Of a stretch of 64,000 bases of DNA, positions 8,080 to 19,253 are shown piece after piece. The DNA comes from Clostridia bacterium. GTDB taxonomy: Bacteria; Bacillota; Clostridia; HGM11514. The position numbers and the translations under genes were made by a program. The stretch's first letter is position 1. Every line of letters starts with the position of its first letter. The notes below the pieces were generated by a model. That model saw only the letters and a program-made list of their open reading frames with translations, did not search any database and was not told the origin of the DNA. The stretch spans positions 1 through 64,000 of the forward strand of contig JAZNAU010000020.1 in assembly GCA_045586685.1 (NCBI GenBank). The letters run 5' to 3'.

Positions 8080-8733
8080 TTAATCTTTATCATTTTCCAA
8101 TTCTATTTTAGGCAAACTCCAACAATATTTCGTTGCAAGCATTCGTATTGCCACTACCAAAAGCAGTGTGGAAACTGAAACCAATGAAATATTTTCAAAA
8201 TATTTTCTTAATATAAAATACAATAAACTACCTGAAATTGAAGCCAAAGCATAAATATGTTTTTTAAAGACATACGGTGTTGAATCTGTTAATATATCAC
8301 GAAAAATTCCACCGCCAATACCGGTTATCATTCCAATTGTAACAATAATAAATCCGTTATCCGAAAAACCGTGTATATACCCAACTTCAGCACCTGTTAC
8401 AGAAAACGCTGCTAATCCGATTGCATCAAAAAAATTATTAACATACTCAATTTTCATTCTAAAATAATTAAATTTTTGTCTGTTTATGTAAGCAATGATA
8501 AAAACAATTACCGATACAACCATTGCAATAAAACATATATTATAATTCAAAAAAATACTCGGAGGATTGATGCCTAACATAATATCTCTCACTATTCCTC
8601 CTCCAACCGCCGTAATGCAACCAACAAACACGACTCCAAATATATCAAGTTTTGCACCAATAGCAACCAATGCACCCGACACAGCAAAGGCTATTGTACC
8701 TATAATTTCCAATACTTTTATTATTTCTGTCAT
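8080..8733 (-). CDS. Trimeric intracellular cation channel / UPF0126 family membrane protein
   Basis: GTIAFAVSGA, TAVGGGIVRD, DAIGLAAF and GIGGGIFRD repeats. Confidence 0.9.
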   Translation of the reverse strand: MTEIIKVLEIIGTIAFAVSGALVAIGAKLDIFGVVFVGCITAVGGGIVRDIMLGINPPSIFLNYNICFIAMVVSVIVFIIAYINRQKFNYFRMKIEYVNNFFDAIGLAAFSVTGAEVGYIHGFSDNGFIIVTIGMITGIGGGIFRDILTDSTPYVFKKHIYALASISGSLLYFILRKYFENISLVSVSTLLLVVAIRMLATKYCWSLPKIELENDKD

Positions 8734-8931
8734 TTTAACTCACTCCAGATATATTTATTATAAATCGACTCAACAATGCAGATGTCATCTTCTTTGAATT
8801 CATTATAAAATCAGCAAACGACTTTAATTCCACTTATTTAAAGGCATTGTTTACTTAATTATAAGTATAGCACATATTATTAGAAATTTCAATTAAAAGG
8901 AACAAATTTCATCACTTTAACTATAACTTTT

Positions 8932-9095
8932 TTAAAAAGTTTCACTCCATCTTGTATGTGACAAACTTTCTGTATCAAGTTTCATTCTTGGTTACCTCCT
9001 TTGTTTTTGTGCGGTTGGCAAACCTACACTAATTCTATCACAGTTCTACTCATAGCGAAAAGCTTTTTTGAACGACGGGCATAGCCCGTGGTATT
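8932..9095 (-). mobile_element. Truncated IS200/IS605-family remnant (left end plus tnpA 5' stub)
   Basis: Hairpin ACGGGC-TAT-GCCCGT, then GGTTTGCCAACC, RBS AAGGAGGT and ORF MKLDTESLSHTRW (8985-8932) resembling the IS200 TnpA N-terminus, stopping after 17 aa. Confidence 0.72.
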
Positions 9096-9104
9096 TGTTT
9101 TACA

Positions 9105-9138
9105 AAAAACGACCAAAGCAAAAAGCTTTGGTCGTTTT
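9105..9138 (-). terminator. Intrinsic terminator after rplQ
   Basis: AAAACGACCAAAGC-loop-GCTTTGGTCGTTTT with U-tract. Confidence 0.85.
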
Positions 9139-9150
9139 AATTACCGAATA

Positions 9151-9495
9151 TTAGTCCACCAACTGCAGAACAGCCATGGGGGCTGCGTCTCCTCTGCGGG
9201 GACCCATTTTAACGATTCTGGTATATCCGCCGTTTCTTTCCGCATACTTAGGTGCGATTTCATCAAACAGCTTCTTTACCACGTCTTCTTTGGTAATGTA
9301 TGCCAGCGCCTGTCTTCTGGAATGCAATGTATTGGTTTTACCCAAAGTAATCATCTTTTCCACCATACTTCTGGCTTCCTTTGCTCTGGTTTCAGTGGTC
9401 ACGATCTGACCATTTTCCAGCACACAGGTAGTCAGAGATCTCAACATAGCACGACGCTGATCGGTAGGTCTGCCTAATTTTCTTGTTCCAGGCAT
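9151..9495 (-). CDS. rplQ: 50S ribosomal protein L17
   Basis: [18 protein letters not shown]. Confidence 0.98.
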   Translation of the reverse strand: MPGTRKLGRPTDQRRAMLRSLTTCVLENGQIVTTETRAKEARSMVEKMITLGKTNTLHSRRQALAYITKEDVVKKLFDEIAPKYAERNGGYTRIVKMGPRRGDAAPMAVLQLVD

Positions 9496-9530
9496 TTCGA
9501 ATACCTCCTTTGTTCATGAATTTAGCCTTA

Positions 9531-10487
9531 TTACTGGTCCTCAGATTCAGACAGGGACAATCCCAAAGAAATCAGCTTGTTAATAACTTCTTCTAAGGAC
9601 TTTCTTCCCAGATTTCTGACCTTCATCATATCTTCCTCAGTTTTGCCAATCAAGTCTTCCACCGTGTTAATTCCTGCTCGCTTCAAGCAGTTGTAGGAAC
9701 GGACAGAGAAATCCAAATCTTCAATTTGCATTTCCAGTACCTTTTCCTTCTTGGTTTCTTCCTTTTCTACCATAATTTCATTGTTTCTGGCATCATCAGA
9801 AAGATCGATAAACAAATTCAGATGCTCATTCATAATCTTCGCACCAAGGCTGATAGCTTCATCCGGACGAATGGTTCCGTCTGTCCAAACGTCAACCACC
9901 AGCTTGTCGAAATCAGTATCCTGACCGACACGGGTGTTTTCCACGTTGTAATTAAACTTTACAACAGGCGTATAGATGGAGTCAACCGGAATAATTCCAA
10001 TTACATTGTTCCCCATTTCAGCCTTGTTTCTTTCCGCTGAAACATAGCCTCTGCCGTGATCCAGCGTGATTTCCATATATAGTTTTGCATCCTCATTCAA
10101 AGTAGCAATCAAAAGATCTTTACTTAAAATTTCAACATCTGAATCAGGTTTGATATCAGAAGCGTAAATTTCTCCTGCGCCTTTTGCTTCAATAAAAATG
10201 GTTTTCGGTCCGTCGCAATGAAGCTTGGCAATCAGTTTTTTGAGGTTTAATACAATCTCGGTAACGTCTTCTCTGACACCGGGAATGGTAGAAAATTCAT
10301 GCAAAACTCCGTCAATCTTAACAGAGGTTACCGCAACACCGGGGAGCGAGGACAGTAAAATTCTGCGCAGGCTGTTTCCCAGTGTCATTCCGTATCCCCG
10401 TTCCAAAGGTTCTACAATAAAACGGGCATAGGATGCGTTGTCCTTTTCTTCAATACACTCAATTCTTGGTTTTTCGATCTCAATCAC
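9531..10487 (-). CDS. rpoA: RNA polymerase alpha subunit
   Basis: [29 protein letters not shown]; GTG start chosen by RBS spacing. Confidence 0.98.
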   Translation of the reverse strand: MIEIEKPRIECIEEKDNASYARFIVEPLERGYGMTLGNSLRRILLSSLPGVAVTSVKIDGVLHEFSTIPGVREDVTEIVLNLKKLIAKLHCDGPKTIFIEAKGAGEIYASDIKPDSDVEILSKDLLIATLNEDAKLYMEITLDHGRGYVSAERNKAEMGNNVIGIIPVDSIYTPVVKFNYNVENTRVGQDTDFDKLVVDVWTDGTIRPDEAISLGAKIMNEHLNLFIDLSDDARNNEIMVEKEETKKEKVLEMQIEDLDFSVRSYNCLKRAGINTVEDLIGKTEEDMMKVRNLGRKSLEEVINKLISLGLSLSESEDQ

Positions 10488-10541
10488 TGACAAAACCCTC
10501 CTTCAATATTCAATTTTAAATATTCAAAAATTGAACTCTGA

Positions 10542-11168
10542 TTACTTGGAATAATACTCAACAATAAGATGTTCTTCCAACGGGAGGTCAATATCTTCTC
10601 TTGCTGCCAAGGTGACCACCTTAGCCTGCAAAGTATTACGATCCAGATCCAGCCACTTAGGAATCACTTTTCCTTCAGTCGCTTCCAAAACTGCCTTAAT
10701 CTTGGTCTTGCTGCGGCTACCTTCCTTAACAGCAATTACATCCCCTGGAGAAACCAGGTAGGAAGGAATATCAACCTTCTTGCCGTTTACAGTAAAGTGA
10801 CCATGTCTAACCAACTGTCTTGCTTCAGGACGAGACATTCCAAATCCCAGTCTGTAAGCAACGTTGTCCAATCTGCTTTCCAAGATTGCCAGCAGGTTTT
10901 CACCTGTGATTCCGGCTCTTTTTTCAGCCATTACAAAATACTTTTCGAACTGGCCTTCCAAAACGCCGTAATATCTTCTTGCTTTTTGTTTTTCTCTTAA
11001 CTGAATTCCGTATTCAGAAACCTTTTTTCTGCTCTGGCCGTGCTGACCGGGCGCATAAGGTCTTCTGTCAACGGCGCATTTTCCAGTATAACAACGGTCG
11101 CCCTTCAGAAAAAGCTTCTGGCCTTCTCTGCGGCAAAGTCTGCATACCGCTTCGGTATAACGTGCCAT
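10542..11168 (-). CDS. rpsD: 30S ribosomal protein S4
   Basis: [18 protein letters not shown]. Confidence 0.98.
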   Translation of the reverse strand: MARYTEAVCRLCRREGQKLFLKGDRCYTGKCAVDRRPYAPGQHGQSRKKVSEYGIQLREKQKARRYYGVLEGQFEKYFVMAEKRAGITGENLLAILESRLDNVAYRLGFGMSRPEARQLVRHGHFTVNGKKVDIPSYLVSPGDVIAVKEGSRSKTKIKAVLEATEGKVIPKWLDLDRNTLQAKVVTLAAREDIDLPLEEHLIVEYYSK

Positions 11169-11213
11169 ATCTGCACCTCCATTAATTAATAGTAATCCCG
11201 TATTGCCAACAAA

Positions 11214-11609
11214 TCAAACTCTGCGACGTTTGGGGGGTCTGCATCCGTTATGAGGAATGGGAGTTACGTCTTTAATCATTGTAACTTCTAAGCCTGCTCC
11301 CTGCAATGCTCTGATTGCAGCCTCTCTTCCGGCGCCGGGTCCTTTTACATATACTTCAACCATTTTCAGACCATGCTCCATAGCCGCTTTTGCAGCGGTT
11401 TCTGCAGCAGTTTGAGCAGCAAAGGGAGTGTTCTTTCTAGAACCGCGAAAGCCCATTCCGCCTGCGCTCGCCCACGAAATCGCATTACCTGCAACATCGG
11501 TAATGGTAACAATGGTATTGTTGAACGAAGAACGGATATGAACCGCACCGCGTTCGATATTTTTACGCTCGCGTCTTCTGCGTGTTGTTTTTTTCACTGT
11601 TTTAGCCAT
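11214..11609 (-). CDS. rpsK: 30S ribosomal protein S11
   Basis: [24 protein letters not shown]. Confidence 0.98.
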   Translation of the reverse strand: MAKTVKKTTRRRRERKNIERGAVHIRSSFNNTIVTITDVAGNAISWASAGGMGFRGSRKNTPFAAQTAAETAAKAAMEHGLKMVEVYVKGPGAGREAAIRALQGAGLEVTMIKDVTPIPHNGCRPPKRRRV

Positions 11610-11627
11610 GGTATCGAACCTCCTTCT

Positions 11628-11996
11628 TTACTTTTTCTTACCTGCCATAGTCTTTTTAGGACCTTTTCTGGTACGTGCGTTATTCTTGGTGTTCTGTCCT
11701 CTTACGGGCAGTCCACGTCTGTGTCTTAAGCCACGATAGCATCCGATTTCCATCAAACGCTTAATGTCCAGAGAAACCTGACGGCGCAAGTCACCTTCTA
11801 CCGTGTAATCCTTATCGATTGCATCACGCAGCAAACCAATCTGTTCTTCTGTCAGATCCTTTACTCTTGTATCCGGATTGATTCCGGTTTGTTCAAGAAT
11901 TTTTCTGGAGCTGCTAACGCCGATACCGAAAATATAAGTCAAGCCGTATTCTACGCGCTTTTCCTTGGGTAAATCAACACCTGCAATTCTTGCCAT
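11628..11996 (-). CDS. rpsM: 30S ribosomal protein S13
   Basis: [17 protein letters not shown]. Confidence 0.98.
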   Translation of the reverse strand: MARIAGVDLPKEKRVEYGLTYIFGIGVSSSRKILEQTGINPDTRVKDLTEEQIGLLRDAIDKDYTVEGDLRRQVSLDIKRLMEIGCYRGLRHRRGLPVRGQNTKNNARTRKGPKKTMAGKKK

Positions 11997-12058
11997 TTAC
12001 TGTTTACACCTCCTGCATTTTCTATGCACTTCATTTTTGTGTATTTCATTATGAATAA

Positions 12059-12172
12059 ACTCCGTATTGCAGAAAACCGAGTTGCCCTTCCCGAAACAGG
12101 CTCACACACCATGGGCTTTCGCCTCAGGCACCTTCTTCCGGAATTGCCGGCTTTCCGCCAGCCGCATACGGA
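12059..12172 (-). ncRNA. Structured rpmJ-rpsM intergenic RNA, candidate S4-type ribosomal leader
   Basis: Closing stem UCCGUAU..AUACGGA with internal GGC-GAAA-GCC type hairpins, upstream of rpsM-rpsK-rpsD. Confidence 0.55.
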
Positions 12173-12181
12173 ATATAATCA

Positions 12182-12307
<126 letters not shown>

Positions 12308-12337
12308 CTAACAATAGTTTACTATGCGATGGACGGT

Positions 12338-12556
12338 TTATTTTGCACGCCATGTAATCCGACCCTTGGTCAAATCATAGGGCGACATCTCAACCGTAAC
12401 CTTGTCACCCGGAAGAATCCGGATAAAGTTCATACGAAGCTTACCCGAAATATGAGCCAATATCTTGTGCCCGTTTTCTAATTCAACCTGGAACACTGCG
12501 TTAGGCAATGCCTCAACAACCGTACCTTCCAATTCCAAAACATCATCTTTCGCCAA
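12338..12556 (-). CDS. infA: Translation initiation factor IF-1
   Basis: [17 protein letters not shown]. Confidence 0.98.
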   Translation of the reverse strand: MAKDDVLELEGTVVEALPNAVFQVELENGHKILAHISGKLRMNFIRILPGDKVTVEMSPYDLTKGRITWRAK

Positions 12557-12589
12557 AGGAATACCTCCTTCCAGAATTTTGGCTCGACG

Positions 12590-12883
12590 TTACACGTCTT
12601 TCTGCTGCGTAGTCAGTTCCGTGATGGCAGTTCTGAGCTCAGCATTGGTTACTTTACAATCATTGCTCATTTTCTGCGCTATAAATTCACTATTTCTTCC
12701 AAGTGCTTTCAGATGCTTCACCTTTTTCCGTTTAGGATGATCGGTTTTTCGCATCCTTCCGTCGCTGATAGCAACATAATTCTCGTCTTCCACAGACAAT
12801 ACAACAAAGATTTTTCCTTTGTCCCGTCCGGCAATTGATGTTACAAATGCCGACGGATAAATATCATCCACCGATTTCTTCAC
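12590..12883 (-). CDS. KOW-motif RNA-binding protein (L14e-like)
   Basis: SIAGRDKG..PKRKKVKHL; conserved position between map and infA in Clostridia. Confidence 0.85.
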   Translation of the reverse strand: MKKSVDDIYPSAFVTSIAGRDKGKIFVVLSVEDENYVAISDGRMRKTDHPKRKKVKHLKALGRNSEFIAQKMSNDCKVTNAELRTAITELTTQQKDV

Positions 12884-12895
12884 CTCAAAAATGGT

Positions 12896-13639
12896 TTACT
12901 TTGTGAGTATCACAGCTTCATTCTCAGTAACCAAAATAGTATTTTCGTAATGGGCAGCCAACTTACCGTCCGCCGTTACCGTTGTCCAGCCATCCTCCAG
13001 CACTTTCACCTGATAGGTCCCTTGATTTATCATAGGCTCTATGGCTAAGGTCATACCGGGATAAAGTCTTACACCTCGTCCGGCAGCGCCATAATTTGGT
13101 ATGCTGGGTTCTTCATGAAGTTGACTTCCAATGCCGTGCCCCACAAAATCCCGAACAACGCCATATCCAGCTTTTTCTGCACAAACCTGAACTGCGTGAG
13201 AAATGTTGCTGAGTCGTTCGCCTGCTTTGGCATGAGCAATGCCATCATAAAAACTTTGCTCCGTTACCCGAATCAGACGAGCTGCCTCTTCACTGATTTT
13301 TCCTACAGCAAAAGTTCTTGCACAATCAGCATGGTAACCATTATGACAAACACCAATATCAATACTGATGAGATCTCCTTCCTGTAATCTGCGTTCTCCT
13401 GGAATGCCGTGAATTACCACTTCATTAACAGAAGCGCACACCGAACCGGGAAATCCCCGATAATTTAGAAATGAAGGTCTCATTTTATGACCTGTGATAC
13501 AGTCATAAGCAATTTTGTCAATTTCCTCCGTTGTGATACCGTCCCGTAAAGAGTTCTGAATTTTTTCCAGCACCTCTACCGCTACAAGACCGGCTTCTCT
13601 CATCAGGGAAATCTCTTTTTTTGATTTAATTGAAATCAT
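12896..13639 (-). CDS. map: Methionine aminopeptidase type I
   Basis: VVIHGIP, GHGIG..HEEP, AIEPMIN, AHYENT. Confidence 0.97.
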   Translation of the reverse strand: MISIKSKKEISLMREAGLVAVEVLEKIQNSLRDGITTEEIDKIAYDCITGHKMRPSFLNYRGFPGSVCASVNEVVIHGIPGERRLQEGDLISIDIGVCHNGYHADCARTFAVGKISEEAARLIRVTEQSFYDGIAHAKAGERLSNISHAVQVCAEKAGYGVVRDFVGHGIGSQLHEEPSIPNYGAAGRGVRLYPGMTLAIEPMINQGTYQVKVLEDGWTTVTADGKLAAHYENTILVTENEAVILTK

Positions 13640-13640
13640 A

Positions 13641-14285
13641 CTATTTTGCCTCCACAGCCGCAAAGACTTGCGTTGTAATCGTATCTAACGGCTGATCAGC
13701 ACTGATTTCCTTTACAATGCCTTTTTTACCGTAATAATCTTTCAACGGTGCGCTCTGGGCATAGTAGATCTGCAATCTCTTTTTGATTGTCTCTTCCTTG
13801 TCATCATCCCGCATTTTCAGTTCAGCATCACACTTGTCACACAAATTGCCTTTTGCAGAAGGCTTATTTTCCACATGGAAAGTAGCTCCGCATTTGGGAC
13901 ATTCTCTTCTGCCGGTCAAACGCTTGATAATGACTTCATCCGGTGCATCAAAGGAAAAAACCAAATTGATTTTTATTCCCAAACCGTCCAAAGCTTCCGC
14001 TTGGGCGATGGTGCGAGGAAAGCCATCCAGAATAAATCCACGTTGGCAATCCTCTTCCTTTAAACGCTCCGATATCATACCAATCATCACGTCGTCACTT
14101 ACCAGTTGTCCGTGATCAATCAGTTCCTTTGCTTTTTTCCCAAGCTCTGTTCCCTTCCGAATCGCTGCGCGAAGCATTGCTCCGGTGGAAATTGTGGGAA
14201 TTGCTAATTTTTCTGCAAGTAGCTCTGCCTGAGTCCCTTTTCCGGCACCGGGAGCACCTAACAGAATTATATTCACGTCATTCAC
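13641..14285 (-). CDS. adk: Adenylate kinase
   Basis: GAPGAGKGTQ, LDGFPRT, zinc-binding LID cysteines. Confidence 0.97.
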   Translation of the reverse strand: MNDVNIILLGAPGAGKGTQAELLAEKLAIPTISTGAMLRAAIRKGTELGKKAKELIDHGQLVSDDVMIGMISERLKEEDCQRGFILDGFPRTIAQAEALDGLGIKINLVFSFDAPDEVIIKRLTGRRECPKCGATFHVENKPSAKGNLCDKCDAELKMRDDDKEETIKKRLQIYYAQSAPLKDYYGKKGIVKEISADQPLDTITTQVFAAVEAK

Positions 14286-14319
14286 CTTCTTTAAAGTCCG
14301 GCTTAAAGCCTATAATGCT

Positions 14320-15579
14320 TTATTCCAAAAATCCTTTGTAATGGCGAATCATCATCTGAGACTCAATCTGCTTTCTTGTTTCCAGAACAACACCAACAAC
14401 AATTAGGATAGAGGTTCCGCCAATACCGAAGGAACTCAGACCAAAAATTGATGCCACCACCATGGGGAACAATGCAACAATAGCGATGAACAATGCACCT
14501 GCCATAGTGATTTTGTTCAGGGACTTTTCAACAAACTCGGAAGTTGATCTTCCGGGACGAATCCCTGGGATAAAACCTCCGTTGTTCTTCATGTTATTTG
14601 CGATTTCTACAGTATTAAATTGAATCTTTGTGTAGAAGAACGTAAAGAACAGAATCAACAGGAAGTATAAAATCATATAACCCATAGAACCATAACCAAA
14701 GATATTGGTCATAATCCAACCGGTTGTATTCTTACCAAACAACTGCATAATGGTTGCGGGGAAGGACATGATGGACATTGCAAAGATGATAGGCATTACA
14801 CCTGCCATACTCACTTTAATCGGAATATGAGTGCTTTGTCCGCCATACATTTTTCTGCCAACAACACGTTTTGCATACTGAACAGGAATTCTGCGTTCTG
14901 CTTCATTCATCCAAACGATTGCACCGATTAAAACGATACAAGCAATTAAAATGATGATGAGAGCAATCCAGCTCAAACCTCCGCCTTGTAAGTTTCCAAC
15001 CATCTGCATAATCATTTGCGGGAAACGGCAAACGATACCGGCAAAGATAATCAGAGAAATACCATTTCCAATCCCTTTATCGGTAATCTTTTCACCCAAC
15101 CACATCAAAAATGCAGTACCGGCAGTCAAAGAAAGAATAACTGTAAAGTAAGTCAGTAAACCAGGGTTCTTTACTGCACTCTGCAAACCGAAATACATAC
15201 CGGTAGACTGAATGAAAGCAAGGAGAATGGTTAATGCTCTTGAATACTGACCAATCTTCTTTCTGCCTTCTTCTCCCTGACGGGACAGTCTTTCTAAAGC
15301 AGGTACTGCTACGGTCAACAGCTGCATGATAATGGAAGAGTTGATATAGGGGGTAATGCTCATGGCAAAAATAGTTGCCTGAGACAATGCTCCACCCGAA
15401 ATCATATCCATCAAACCAAGCATATCCAATTTACTTACAGTACTACTCAACGCTCCGGCATCCAGACCGGGTACGGGAACGTGAGAACCCAAACGGAAAA
15501 TTACCATCAACAAAAGAGTATAAAAAATCTTTTGTCTCAAATCCGGAATCTTAAAAGCATTTACAATTGTTTTAAACAA
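14320..15579 (-). CDS. secY: Preprotein translocase SecY
   Basis: GIGNGISLII, FIPGIRPG, GGTSILIVV. Confidence 0.98.
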   Translation of the reverse strand: MFKTIVNAFKIPDLRQKIFYTLLLMVIFRLGSHVPVPGLDAGALSSTVSKLDMLGLMDMISGGALSQATIFAMSITPYINSSIIMQLLTVAVPALERLSRQGEEGRKKIGQYSRALTILLAFIQSTGMYFGLQSAVKNPGLLTYFTVILSLTAGTAFLMWLGEKITDKGIGNGISLIIFAGIVCRFPQMIMQMVGNLQGGGLSWIALIIILIACIVLIGAIVWMNEAERRIPVQYAKRVVGRKMYGGQSTHIPIKVSMAGVMPIIFAMSIMSFPATIMQLFGKNTTGWIMTNIFGYGSMGYMILYFLLILFFTFFYTKIQFNTVEIANNMKNNGGFIPGIRPGRSTSEFVEKSLNKITMAGALFIAIVALFPMVVASIFGLSSFGIGGTSILIVVGVVLETRKQIESQMMIRHYKGFLE

Positions 15580-15580
15580 T

Positions 15581-16021
15581 TTAAATCACCTCGAACTTTC
15601 CGCCAACTGCAGTAATTTTCTTTTTCGCTGATTCAGAAAATCTTGCAGCCTTTACGGTAAGGTTCTTGGTTAATTCACCTCTGCCCAATACAACGATACC
15701 GTCGCAAATTTTTGAAACAACACCGGTTTCTTTCAGCAATGCAGGTGTTACTTCCGTTCCGTTTTCAAATCTTTCCAATTGAGCAACATTTATTGATACA
15801 TATTTTTTAGCAAAGATATTGACAAAACCACGTTTCGGCAATCTACGGTACAAAGGCATCTGTCCACCTTCAAAACCAGGTCTCACACCGCCGCCGGAAC
15901 GAGCCTTTTGTCCCTTGTGACCACGGCCTGCGGTTTTACCGTTACCGGTTGCGTGACCACGGCCTTTTCTTTTCGGATCCTTTACAGAACCAGGAGCCGG
16001 AGACAATTCACAAAGTTTCAT
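15581..16021 (-). CDS. rplO: 50S ribosomal protein L15
   Basis: [18 protein letters not shown]. Confidence 0.98.
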   Translation of the reverse strand: MKLCELSPAPGSVKDPKRKGRGHATGNGKTAGRGHKGQKARSGGGVRPGFEGGQMPLYRRLPKRGFVNIFAKKYVSINVAQLERFENGTEVTPALLKETGVVSKICDGIVVLGRGELTKNLTVKAARFSESAKKKITAVGGKFEVI

Positions 16022-16039
16022 TTGCACACACCTCCTTCG

Positions 16040-16222
16040 TTATTTTACCTCTTTCACTTCTACCAAATGTGACACTTTATTCACCATACCACGGATCGCA
16101 GGACCATCCTCGAATACCTTGGTATCTCTGATTTTCTTCAAACCGAGGGCTGCTACGGTCGCAATCTGGTCATCTTTTCTACCAATGGTGCTTTTGATTA
16201 AAGTAACACTGATTTTAGCCAT
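16040..16222 (-). CDS. rpmD: 50S ribosomal protein L30
   Basis: [20 protein letters not shown]; operon position. Confidence 0.96.
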   Translation of the reverse strand: MAKISVTLIKSTIGRKDDQIATVAALGLKKIRDTKVFEDGPAIRGMVNKVSHLVEVKEVK

Positions 16223-16234
16223 GTCGCAACCTCC

Positions 16235-16738
16235 TTAACCTAAAATTTCTTCGGTAGTTTTGCCTCTCAGCTTGGCTACCTCTTCTGCACTCTTCAGATC
16301 CGCCAGTGCAGCAATGGTAGCGCACACAACGTTTTTCGGATTGTTAGAACGCAGAGACTTGGCTCTGATGTCTTTAATACCTGCCAGTTCCATTACCGCA
16401 CGGGCTGCACCCCCTGCGATAACTCCGGTACCTTCACCGGCGGGTTTAATGAGTACACGGCCTGCGCCGTATTCACCGATGACATCGTGAGGAACCGTAG
16501 TTCCCAGCAGATTTACTGTAATCATATTTTTCTTAGCATCTTCAATTCCCTTGCGGATTGCTTCAGGAATTTCAGCAGCTTTACCCATTCCGCAACCTAC
16601 GTGGCCGTTTTCATCACCAACAACCACCAAAGCGGAAAAACGGAAAGTACGTCCGCCCTTTACAACCTTGGCGACACGATTTATTGCAACAACTTTTTCT
16701 TTGATATCCAATGTGCTTGCATCAATTCGTTCCGTCAT
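16235..16738 (-). CDS. rpsE: 30S ribosomal protein S5
   Basis: [18 protein letters not shown]. Confidence 0.98.
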   Translation of the reverse strand: MTERIDASTLDIKEKVVAINRVAKVVKGGRTFRFSALVVVGDENGHVGCGMGKAAEIPEAIRKGIEDAKKNMITVNLLGTTVPHDVIGEYGAGRVLIKPAGEGTGVIAGGAARAVMELAGIKDIRAKSLRSNNPKNVVCATIAALADLKSAEEVAKLRGKTTEEILG

Positions 16739-16753
16739 GATGTTCCTCCTTTA

Positions 16754-17116
16754 CTAAAACTTTAATCCGCCCTCGCGAGCACCTTCGGCCAGTTCCATAA
16801 CTCTGCCGTGATACAGGTAACCGCCACGGTCAAATACAACCTCTTCAATCCCCTTAGCTTTAGCACGCTCTGCAATCAGCTTACCAAGCTCACGGGCAGC
16901 AGATTTGTTGCCGCCGTAGGTATCCGCAAAATCTTTATCCAATGTGGAAGCGCTTACTAATGTTACGCCGTTCACATCATCAATCACCTGCGCATACATA
17001 TGCTTCAAACTTCTGAATACATTCAAACGAGGACGTTCAGGAGTACCGGAAATGTTCTTACGAACTCTTTCATGCCGTTTCAATCTGTTTTTATTAGATG
17101 CCGGTTTATTTACCAC
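16754..17116 (-). CDS. rplR: 50S ribosomal protein L18
   Basis: [20 protein letters not shown]. Confidence 0.98.
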   Translation of the reverse strand: MVNKPASNKNRLKRHERVRKNISGTPERPRLNVFRSLKHMYAQVIDDVNGVTLVSASTLDKDFADTYGGNKSAARELGKLIAERAKAKGIEEVVFDRGGYLYHGRVMELAEGAREGGLKF

Positions 17117-17135
17117 TCTGAATCACTCCTTTCCC

Positions 17136-17681
17136 TTATTTCTTACCGCCAGTTTTACCTTCTTTGCGTCTGATATGTTCATCAGCATACTTGATACCCT
17201 TGCCCTTATAGGGTTCCGGAGGTCTCTTTTCTCTGATTTCAGCCGCAATCTGTCCAACTGCCTGTTTATCAATACCGCGAACGATAATCTGGTTGGGTCC
17301 GGGCACTTCAAAAGTGATCATCGGGGGTTCTTCCATTTCTACAGGATGAGAATAACCCAGATTCAACACCAGCTTTTTACCTTGCTTCTGTGCTCTGTAA
17401 CCAACGCCGTTGACTTCCAATTCCTTGGAATATCCTTCGGTCACACCTACGATCATATTGTTCAGCAGGGTTCTTGTCAAACCATGCATCGCTCTATGGA
17501 TCTTGTCTTCAGAGGGACGTTCAATAACGATTACGTTACCCTCTTGTTTAATCAGCATATCCTTATGCAGTGCCTTTTCTAACGTACCTTTAGGACCTTT
17601 TACGGTCACAAAGTTGGATTCAGCTACTTTTACATCAACTCCGGCAGGTACGTCGATTGGCATTCTACCAATACGTGACAT
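17136..17681 (-). CDS. rplF: 50S ribosomal protein L6
   Basis: [16 protein letters not shown]. Confidence 0.98.
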   Translation of the reverse strand: MSRIGRMPIDVPAGVDVKVAESNFVTVKGPKGTLEKALHKDMLIKQEGNVIVIERPSEDKIHRAMHGLTRTLLNNMIVGVTEGYSKELEVNGVGYRAQKQGKKLVLNLGYSHPVEMEEPPMITFEVPGPNQIIVRGIDKQAVGQIAAEIREKRPPEPYKGKGIKYADEHIRRKEGKTGGKK

Positions 17682-17716
17682 TCGTTACACCTCCTAAATC
17701 AACCTAAAAATAGTCT

Positions 17717-18115
17717 TTACCAAATAAATGCCAGTACTTCGCCGCCAATTTTCTGTGCTCTCGCCTGCTTATCGGTCATAATACCCTTAGAGGTAGAAAT
17801 GATTGCGATACCCAGACCATTCAACACGCGGGGCAGCTTTTCACAGCTTGCATATACTCTCAGACCCGGCTTAGAAATTCTCTTCAGGCCAGAGATTACT
17901 TTTGCTTTGTTTTCACCATACTTCAAGGTAACCTTGATAACGCCTTGTTTATCGTCCTCGATTACCTGATAGTTTTTAATATATCCTTCTTCTAACAGAA
18001 TCTGCGCAATGGCTTTTTTCATATTAGAAGCAGGAACATCAACACTTTCATGCTTTGCTGAGTTTGCATTTCTGATACGAGTCAGCATATCAGCAATAGG
18101 ATCGGTAATTTGCAT
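17717..18115 (-). CDS. rpsH: 30S ribosomal protein S8
   Basis: [20 protein letters not shown]. Confidence 0.98.
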   Translation of the reverse strand: MQITDPIADMLTRIRNANSAKHESVDVPASNMKKAIAQILLEEGYIKNYQVIEDDKQGVIKVTLKYGENKAKVISGLKRISKPGLRVYASCEKLPRVLNGLGIAIISTSKGIMTDKQARAQKIGGEVLAFIW

Positions 18116-18148
18116 GAGTCTTTCCTCCTTCCAATCGTCTACTCTATT

Positions 18149-18334
18149 TTACCAGCTGGCTTTTCTTACTCCGGGAATCTGACCCTTGTATGCCAACTCT
18201 CTGAAACAGATACGGCACACGCCGAACTTTCTCAAATAGCCGTGCGGACGACCACAAATTTTGCATCTGTTATAAGCTCTTGTCTGATACTTGGGAGCCT
18301 TTTGTTGCTTTAAAATCATAGCCTTTTTTGCCAT
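18149..18334 (-). CDS. rpsN: 30S ribosomal protein S14 (zinc-binding type Z)
   Basis: RCKICGR..CRICFRE. Confidence 0.97.
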   Translation of the reverse strand: MAKKAMILKQQKAPKYQTRAYNRCKICGRPHGYLRKFGVCRICFRELAYKGQIPGVRKASW

Positions 18335-18350
18335 AATGTTTCCCCTCCTC

Positions 18351-18893
18351 TCAGTTCTGCTGGAACGGTGCGCCCATTTGCTTTAACAACTCTCTACCTT
18401 CTTCATCGGTTTGAGCAGTTGTGACAAAGATAATATCCATACCACGCACTTTATCCACTTTATCATAATCAATTTCAGGGAAAATTAATTGTTCCTTTAA
18501 GCCTAAGGAATAATTGCCGCGTCCGTCAAAGGAATTAGGATTGATTCCTCTGAAGTCACGAACACGAGGCAAAGCCACGTTAAACAATCTATCCACAAAT
18601 TCATACATTTTTTCGCCACGAAGGGTTACCTTACAGCCGATGTTCATTCCTGCTCTCAGTTTAAAAGCAGCAACAGACTTCTTCGCCTTAGTGACTGTGG
18701 GTTTCTGCCCTGTAATCTGAGCAAGATCGCTCATAGCAGCATCCAGAGCCTTGGAATTTTCCTTCGCTTCTCCAACGCCGATGTTTATAACGACTTTATC
18801 CAGCTTGGGGATTTGCATCGGGCTTTTGTAGCCAAACTTCTGCATCAGAGCAGGCGCAATTTCACTCTTATACTTTTCGCTAATTCTTGACAT
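18351..18893 (-). CDS. rplE: 50S ribosomal protein L5
   Basis: [15 protein letters not shown]. Confidence 0.98.
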   Translation of the reverse strand: MSRISEKYKSEIAPALMQKFGYKSPMQIPKLDKVVINIGVGEAKENSKALDAAMSDLAQITGQKPTVTKAKKSVAAFKLRAGMNIGCKVTLRGEKMYEFVDRLFNVALPRVRDFRGINPNSFDGRGNYSLGLKEQLIFPEIDYDKVDKVRGMDIIFVTTAQTDEEGRELLKQMGAPFQQN

Positions 18894-18911
18894 GCTTCAA
18901 CCTCCTTTCGC

Positions 18912-19235
18912 TTACTCAATGATTTCGCCGCATTTTTTGCAGTAGCGAGCCTTCTGACCGTCAGCCAACATCTTAATGCCGGTTCTGGAAGCTTTACCGC
19001 ACTTGTTGCAGTTTACCATTACTTTATCAGCATAAATAGCAGCCTCCTGGTGGATAATCCCGCTGGGATCTCCTGCCTTTCTGGCTTTCTTATGCTTGGT
19101 TGCCATGTTAACCCCTTCTACGATAACTTTGCCTTCGGAGGGGAACACGGTAAGCACCTTACCTTTCTTGCCCTTATCCTTACCGGACAGAACGGTTACG
19201 CTATCACCTTTTTTAACGTGTACCTTTTTAATCAC
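18912..19235 (-). CDS. rplX: 50S ribosomal protein L24
   Basis: KKGDSVTVLSGKDKGKKG. Confidence 0.98.
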   Translation of the reverse strand: MIKKVHVKKGDSVTVLSGKDKGKKGKVLTVFPSEGKVIVEGVNMATKHKKARKAGDPSGIIHQEAAIYADKVMVNCNKCGKASRTGIKMLADGQKARYCKKCGEIIE

Positions 19236-19253
19236 TCGTTACACCTCCTACGA

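Noticed and set aside
255-8733. Island as a prophage remnant
   Set aside because: Despite the KilA-N and Bro-N genes there are no structural, replication, lysis or integrase genes.
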